From contig CAZQQS010000012.1 of assembly GCA_964595665.1 (NCBI GenBank), positions 1-9,578 on the forward strand: 9,578 bases of DNA. Direction: 5' to 3'. Each line of letters begins with the position of its first letter. Positions within the stretch are counted from its first letter, which is position 1. A program made the translations under genes and the position numbers. This document shows, one piece after another, positions 5,833 through 9,578 of this stretch. This DNA is from an uncultured archaeon. GTDB taxonomy: Archaea > Iainarchaeota > Iainarchaeia > Iainarchaeales > 0-14-0-20-30-16. The notes under the pieces were generated by a model, which searched no databases, was not told the origin of the DNA, and saw only the letters and a list, made by a program, of their open reading frames with translations.

Positions 5833-6276
5833 ATGCTTTGTCCATTTTGTAGTTCTGAAGAGTTGAGCGTTGTAGATAAAAGAGATGTATCTGAAGGTTT
5901 AATTCGTAGAAGAAGAGAATGTTTGAAATGCAAGCAAAGATTTACAACTTATGAAAAAATTGGGGATGTTGATTTCTTTGTAATTAAGAAAGATGGTTCT
6001 CGAGAAAGATTTGATAAAGAGAAAATTAAACGAGGCATAATATTAGCATGTAAAAATAGGCCCGTAACTATTGAACAAATTGAGTCTTTAATTTCTAAAG
6101 TTTTACAAGATATTAAACAAGAAGGAAATATGGAAATTGAATCTGTAAAAATTGGTAGCAAAATATTAAAACTATTAAAAAAATTAGATGAAGTTGCATA
6201 TATTAGATTTGCATCAATTTACAAATCATTTAAAGATTTGGAAGATTTTAAAAAAGAGATATTTAAATTGGAGTGA
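5833..6276 (+). CDS. nrdR: Transcriptional repressor NrdR (Zn-ribbon plus ATP-cone)
   Basis: N-terminal Zn ribbon MLCPFC...RRRECLKCKQRFTTYE, then an ATP-cone (VIKKDGSRERFDKEKIKRGI...AYIRFASIYKSF). Length of 147 aa and position directly upstream of an RNR gene are both typical. Confidence 0.9.
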   Translation: MLCPFCSSEELSVVDKRDVSEGLIRRRRECLKCKQRFTTYEKIGDVDFFVIKKDGSRERFDKEKIKRGIILACKNRPVTIEQIESLISKVLQDIKQEGNMEIESVKIGSKILKLLKKLDEVAYIRFASIYKSFKDLEDFKKEIFKLE

Positions 6277-6284
6277 TTACTATG
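6270..6284 (+). promoter_or_regulatory. Stop-in-Shine-Dalgarno coupling junction GGAGTGATTACTATG (nrdR stop, nrdJ start)
   Basis: GGAG lies at 6270-6273, the nrdR TGA at 6274-6276, and after an 8-nt spacer the nrdJ ATG is at 6282. The first 10 nt are identical to the trkH/trkA junction. Confidence 0.6.
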
Positions 6285-8447
6285 ATTTCAAAAGTTAAAA
6301 AAAGAACTAACGAATTTGTTGATTTTAATAAAGAAAAAATAAAATTGGCTATAAATAAAGCATTTGTTTCGATTAATGAAGAACCAAAAGATATTGATGT
6401 TTTGGTAGACGCAGTTATTAAAGAATTGGAATTAAAAAAATATGAAACTCCAAGTGTAGAAGAAATTTCTGATTGTGTTGAAACTGTTTTAATGAATAAG
6501 CATCCAGCTGTAGCTAAATCTTTTATAATTTATAGAGAATATAAAAGACAATTAAGAGATGTAAGAAAAATTTATATGGGTACAGAAGAAAATAATAATT
6601 TATCATTAAACGCATTAAAAGTTTTAGAAGCAAGATATTTATTAAAAGATATAAATGGAAAAGTAATTGAAACTCCAAATCAATTATTTGATAGAGTTGC
6701 AGAACACATAGTAAAAGCAGATAAAAAAAGATTAACTAATGGAAAATATAAAGAATTAAAAGATGATTTTTATAATATGATGTTTAATTTAGATTTCTTA
6801 CCTAATACCCCAACATTAATGAATGCTGGAACTGAATTAGGACAATTAAGTGCATGTTTTGTTTTACCAGTTGGAGATTCTATTTCAGAAATTTTTGATT
6901 CTGTAAAACATACAGCAATAATTCATAAGAGTGGTGGGGGAACAGGATTTTCTTTTTCGAGAATAAGATCTAAAGGAGAAATAGTTAAAAGTACAAAAGG
7001 AGTAGCTTCTGGTCCAATTTCATTTATGAGAGTTTTTGATGCAGCAACTGAAGTTATAAAACAAGGTGGCAAGAGAAGAGGAGCAAATATGGGTATATTA
7101 AGAGTAGATCACCCAGATATTTTAGAATTTATTTCTTGCAAACAAACAGAAGGACAAATATCTAATTTTAATATCTCTGTTGGTATTACAGAAAAATTTA
7201 TGAATGCTGTAGATACAAATTCAGAATATGATTTAGTAAATCCAAAAGATGGAGAAGTAGTTAATAGATTAAATGCAAGAAGTGTATTTGATTTTATTAC
7301 AAATTATGCTTGGCAAAATGGTGAACCAGGAATAGTTTTTTTAGATGAAATTAACAAACATAATCAAGTTGCTAATGTAGGTGTAATAGAAGCAACAAAT
7401 CCTTGTGGAGAACAACCATTATTACCTTACGAATCTTGTAATTTAGGATCTATAAATTTAGCAAATTTTATAATTGAAGAAAATAAAATTGATTGGAAAA
7501 GATTAGAAAAAATTATAAGATTGGCAGTAAGATTTTTAGATAATGTAATTGAAGTAAATAAATATCCTTTACCACAAATTGATAGTATGACTAAATCAAG
7601 TAGAAAAATTGGTTTGGGTGTAATGGGTTGGGCTGATTTATTATTACAATTAAAAATTCCATATAATTCAGATGATGCAATTTATTTGGCTGAAAAAGTT
7701 ATGAAATTTATTAATGATACTGGTGTAGATGAATCTGTAAAATTAGGTGAGGAAAAAGGAAACTTCCCTGCATTCAAAGGAAGTTATTGGTCTGAGCAAG
7801 GTTATAAATATATGCGAAATTCTACAATTACAACAATTGCTCCAACTGGAACAATAGGGATTATAGCAGATACTTCTGGTGGAGTTGAGCCACAATTTTC
7901 TTTGGCCTATACTAGAGTTAGTTTAGATAATCAAGAATTAATTTATACTAATAAATATTTAGAAAGAGAATTAAAGAAAAGAGGATTCTTTACAGAAGAT
8001 ATTATGGTAAAAATCTCTAAAACTGGTTCTGTTGTAGATGTTGAAGAATTACCAGAAGATATTAAAAAAGTATTTGTTACATCAAGAGAAATTTCTCCAG
8101 AATGGCACATAAAAATGCAAGCAGCATTTCAAAAATACACTCATAATGCAGTATCTAAAACAATAAATATGCCTTTTGAAGCAACTATTGATGATGTAAA
8201 ACAAGCATATTTTTTAGCTTATAAATTAGGTTGTAAAGGTATAACAATTTATAGAGATGGTAGTAGACAAATACAAGTATTAACTTCTGGAACAAGTAGT
8301 AAAAAAGTTGTTGAAGAACCCAAACCTATACAAAAATTAATTACAAAAGAATTGCCTAAAGATGAGTGTCCAATATGTCATAGTAAAATGCACGCTCAAG
8401 AGGGCTGTTATACATGCACAAAATGTTCATATTCTAAGTGTTCTTAA
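6282..8447 (+). CDS. nrdJ: Class II (adenosylcobalamin-dependent) ribonucleotide reductase NrdJ, with N-terminal ATP-cone and C-terminal Cys-rich tail
   Basis: GGGTGFSFSRIR, KQGGKRRGANMG, the thiyl-radical loop ATNPCGEQPLLPYESCNLGSINL, and ISPEWHIKMQAAFQKYTHNAVSKTINMP with GCKGITIYRDGSR are hallmark class II RNR blocks. There is no radical-generating subunit or activase gene nearby. The N-terminus KVKKRTNEFVDFNKEKIKLAINKAF is ATP-cone-like. The tail is CPICHSKMHAQEGCYTCTKCSYSKCS. I prefer ATG 6282 to the track's GTG 6273. Confidence 0.9.
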   Translation: MISKVKKRTNEFVDFNKEKIKLAINKAFVSINEEPKDIDVLVDAVIKELELKKYETPSVEEISDCVETVLMNKHPAVAKSFIIYREYKRQLRDVRKIYMGTEENNNLSLNALKVLEARYLLKDINGKVIETPNQLFDRVAEHIVKADKKRLTNGKYKELKDDFYNMMFNLDFLPNTPTLMNAGTELGQLSACFVLPVGDSISEIFDSVKHTAIIHKSGGGTGFSFSRIRSKGEIVKSTKGVASGPISFMRVFDAATEVIKQGGKRRGANMGILRVDHPDILEFISCKQTEGQISNFNISVGITEKFMNAVDTNSEYDLVNPKDGEVVNRLNARSVFDFITNYAWQNGEPGIVFLDEINKHNQVANVGVIEATNPCGEQPLLPYESCNLGSINLANFIIEENKIDWKRLEKIIRLAVRFLDNVIEVNKYPLPQIDSMTKSSRKIGLGVMGWADLLLQLKIPYNSDDAIYLAEKVMKFINDTGVDESVKLGEEKGNFPAFKGSYWSEQGYKYMRNSTITTIAPTGTIGIIADTSGGVEPQFSLAYTRVSLDNQELIYTNKYLERELKKRGFFTEDIMVKISKTGSVVDVEELPEDIKKVFVTSREISPEWHIKMQAAFQKYTHNAVSKTINMPFEATIDDVKQAYFLAYKLGCKGITIYRDGSRQIQVLTSGTSSKKVVEEPKPIQKLITKELPKDECPICHSKMHAQEGCYTCTKCSYSKCS

Positions 8448-8453
8448 TACGAG

Positions 8454-8508
8454 CCTTTTGAAAAGCCTCCGTCAGCCAAAAGGTATGTTTCGCTATGCTC
8501 AAGCATAC
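8454..8508. repeat. Intergenic hairpin element, copy C, with an extra upstream hairpin
   Basis: Upstream hairpin CCTTTTG-N16-CAAAAGG (8454-8460 / 8477-8483). The core at 8483-8508, GTATGTTTCGCTATGCTCAAGCATAC, is 22/26 identical to 67-92. A competing inner hairpin TATGC-TCAA-GCATA lies at 8494-8507. The region 8445-8512 is 30/68 G+C (44%, hand count). T-runs follow at 8515-8519 and 8525-8529. Confidence 0.5.
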
Positions 8509-8542
8509 GAACACTTTTTATATGTTTTTGGGTATTATACTT

Positions 8543-9061
8543 ATGAAAGAAATTGAAGTTAAGATTTTGGAAATTGATAAAAAGAAAATAGAATTAAAGC
8601 TTAAGAAATTAGGTGCTAAAAAAATATTCTCTGGAAAATTGGTATCTTATTTCTTTGATACTAAAACTAATTCTTTAAAATCTAATGATATGCAATTAAG
8701 ATTAAGACAAAGTAAGTTGGGAACATTATTAACTGTTAAACAAAAGATATCTCAAACAGAAACAAAAAATTCTAATGAATATGAAATTGAAGTTTCTGAT
8801 TTTAATGAAACTAAAAAGATATTAAGTTTATTAGGTTTTAATCAAAAATATAAATTAGAAAAAAATAGAATTTCTTATATTTTAAAGGATGTAAGATTTG
8901 AATTGGATAAACCAAAAGAAAAAGTGCCTTGTTTTATTGAGATCGAAGCTAAAGATAAAAAAACTGTTGAAAAATACGTAAAACTCTTAGGTTATAAAAT
9001 GTCTAAAACAAAAAATTTAACATATAGAGGAGTTTTAAGACATTATGGAGTTTTAAGATAA
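8543..9061 (+). CDS. CYTH-domain protein (triphosphate tunnel metalloenzyme; CyaB/ThTPase family)
   Basis: N-terminal ExExK signature MKEIEVKIL, then the alternating charged beta-strand motifs of the CYTH tunnel: LRLRQ, LTVKQK, EYEIEV, RFELDK, FIEIEA. I prefer ATG 8543. The track's start at 8495 would translate through the hairpin element and the TATA-like tract ctttttatatg (8514-8524). Confidence 0.8.
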   Translation: MKEIEVKILEIDKKKIELKLKKLGAKKIFSGKLVSYFFDTKTNSLKSNDMQLRLRQSKLGTLLTVKQKISQTETKNSNEYEIEVSDFNETKKILSLLGFNQKYKLEKNRISYILKDVRFELDKPKEKVPCFIEIEAKDKKTVEKYVKLLGYKMSKTKNLTYRGVLRHYGVLR

Positions 9062-9067
9062 TGGAGT

Positions 9068-9578
9068 GTGATTATAATATTAATTATAAACACAGGCGAC
9101 GGAAAGGGTAAAACAACTTCCGCTTTAGGAATAATGTTAAGATCTTTAGTTTTAGGAAAAGAAGTTTTATTAGTTCAATTTATGAAACCAGAAAAAGAAA
9201 AAAGTATTTTGTTTTTAGAAAATGCTTTTTCGAATTTTAAAAGTGTAAATTATGGTATTTCTGAATTTATTAAAAAAGGAAGTGTTCCAAAAGATTTAGT
9301 TATGATTTGCAAATATGGTTTTGAAACTCTAAAGAAAACTTATGTTGGAAAAGATTTAATTGTTGTTGATGAAATATTTGCTGCAATTTATTTTGGTTTA
9401 ATAGAGGAACAAGAAGTTTTACAATTTACTAAACAAATAAAAGATCAAGTGGATTTGGTATTTACTGGAAGAAAATGTTCACATGATTTTATTGATTTAG
9501 CTGATATAGTAACAGATATGCGTGCTACAAAACATCATTATGAGAAAGGAATTCAAGCTAAAGAAGGAATAGATTACT
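9068..9578 (+). CDS. cobA: ATP:cob(I)alamin adenosyltransferase, CobA/CobO/BtuR type (3' end beyond the window)
   Basis: Absent from the ORF track because it is open to the window edge. My translation from GTG 9068 is VIIILIINTGDGKGKTTSALGIMLRSLVLGKEVLLVQFMK...LIVVDEIFAAIYFGL...DLVFTGRKCSHDFIDLADIVTDMRATKHHYEKGIQAKEGIDY. The P-loop GDGKGKTT, VQFxK, VxDE, TGR and T(E/D)M...KH...G..A..GI blocks are characteristic of CobA. The start codon is uncertain because no in-frame ATG precedes the P-loop. Confidence 0.8.
   Translation, partial: MIIILIINTGDGKGKTTSALGIMLRSLVLGKEVLLVQFMKPEKEKSILFLENAFSNFKSVNYGISEFIKKGSVPKDLVMICKYGFETLKKTYVGKDLIVVDEIFAAIYFGLIEEQEVLQFTKQIKDQVDLVFTGRKCSHDFIDLADIVTDMRATKHHYEKGIQAKEGIDY

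Noticed and set aside
5949-6161. 70-aa ORF on the minus strand
   Set aside because: It lies entirely antisense within nrdR, whose Zn-ribbon and ATP-cone motifs are unambiguous. It is a shadow ORF.
6282-8447. Intein or self-splicing insertion in the RNR gene
   Set aside because: RNR genes are frequent intein hosts. Here, however, the conserved blocks follow one another at normal spacing, the total length is ordinary for a class II enzyme with an ATP-cone, and no intein splice-junction or homing-endonuclease motifs are visible.
67-8508. The repeated hairpins as a CRISPR array or as IS/MITE termini
   Set aside because: There are only three copies, kilobases apart, with no regular repeat-spacer periodicity. 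There are no cas or transposase genes and no flanking target-site duplications that I could see.
8511-8526. Possible extra NrdR box ACACTTTTTATATGTT upstream of CYTH/cobA
   Set aside because: Only about 10/16 positions match the consensus. The right half-site lacks GTGT and there is no partner box at the helical spacing. It is more simply read as the TATA-like promoter tract of the CYTH gene.
8495-8542. 16-codon N-terminal extension of the CYTH gene (MLKHTNTFYMFLGIIL)
   Set aside because: CYTH proteins begin at the ExExK strand (MKEIEVK). The extension covers half of the repeated hairpin and a TATA-like tract, so ATG 8543 is the better start.
8362-8556. 64-aa ORF on the plus strand
   Set aside because: It overlaps the conserved Cys-rich C-terminus of nrdJ out of frame, then runs through the intergenic hairpin element and the CYTH promoter and start. 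It has no motif, and its open frame is explained by the structured, GC-richer spacer.
9061-9111. ATG-initiated 16-codon ORF (MECDYNINYKHRRRKG) overlapping the CYTH stop
   Set aside because: It is in a different frame from the CobA P-loop and stops after 16 codons. The +1-shifted frame gives an unmistakable CobA sequence, so this ATG is not the cobA start. It could only matter if there were a sequencing frameshift, and the clean CobA frame argues against that.

Overview
This is a compact, very AT-rich locus (hand counts of coding lines about 18-30% GC). It looks archaeal, most plausibly from a small-genome DPANN-like lineage. That assignment is an inference from four things: ribosomal protein S8e, archaeal Trm56, a tRNA with no encoded CCA followed by oligo-T, and A/T TATA-like boxes about 25 nt upstream of starts. 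Content in order: SAM-methyltransferase and HIT hydrolase (+); trm56, tRNA-Gly(UCC) and a 305-aa orphan (-); trkH-trkA K+ uptake pair and rps8e (+); then nrdR, nrdJ (class II, AdoCbl-dependent RNR), a CYTH/triphosphate-tunnel protein, and a 3'-truncated CobA-type cob(I)alamin adenosyltransferase that is missing from the supplied ORF track. I saw no CRISPR array, transposase, integrase or rRNA. Six points deserve a second look. (1) CYTH and cobA lie in the same reading frame, separated only by TAA plus two codons. This suggests the CYTH enzyme removes the inorganic triphosphate by-product of the adenosyltransferase that activates the RNR cofactor. (2) Two NrdR-box-like palindromes 31 bp apart sit on an archaeal-style TATA promoter of a bacterial-style nrdR-nrdJ operon. 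(3) A GC-enriched hairpin element recurs in three intergenic spacers. (4) A roughly 100-nt structured spacer lies between tRNA-Gly and trm56. (5) A stop-inside-Shine-Dalgarno junction, GGAGTGATTA, is reused at operon-internal gene boundaries. (6) The 305-aa protein is uncharacterised. All functional calls rest on motif recognition by eye; no database search was possible.
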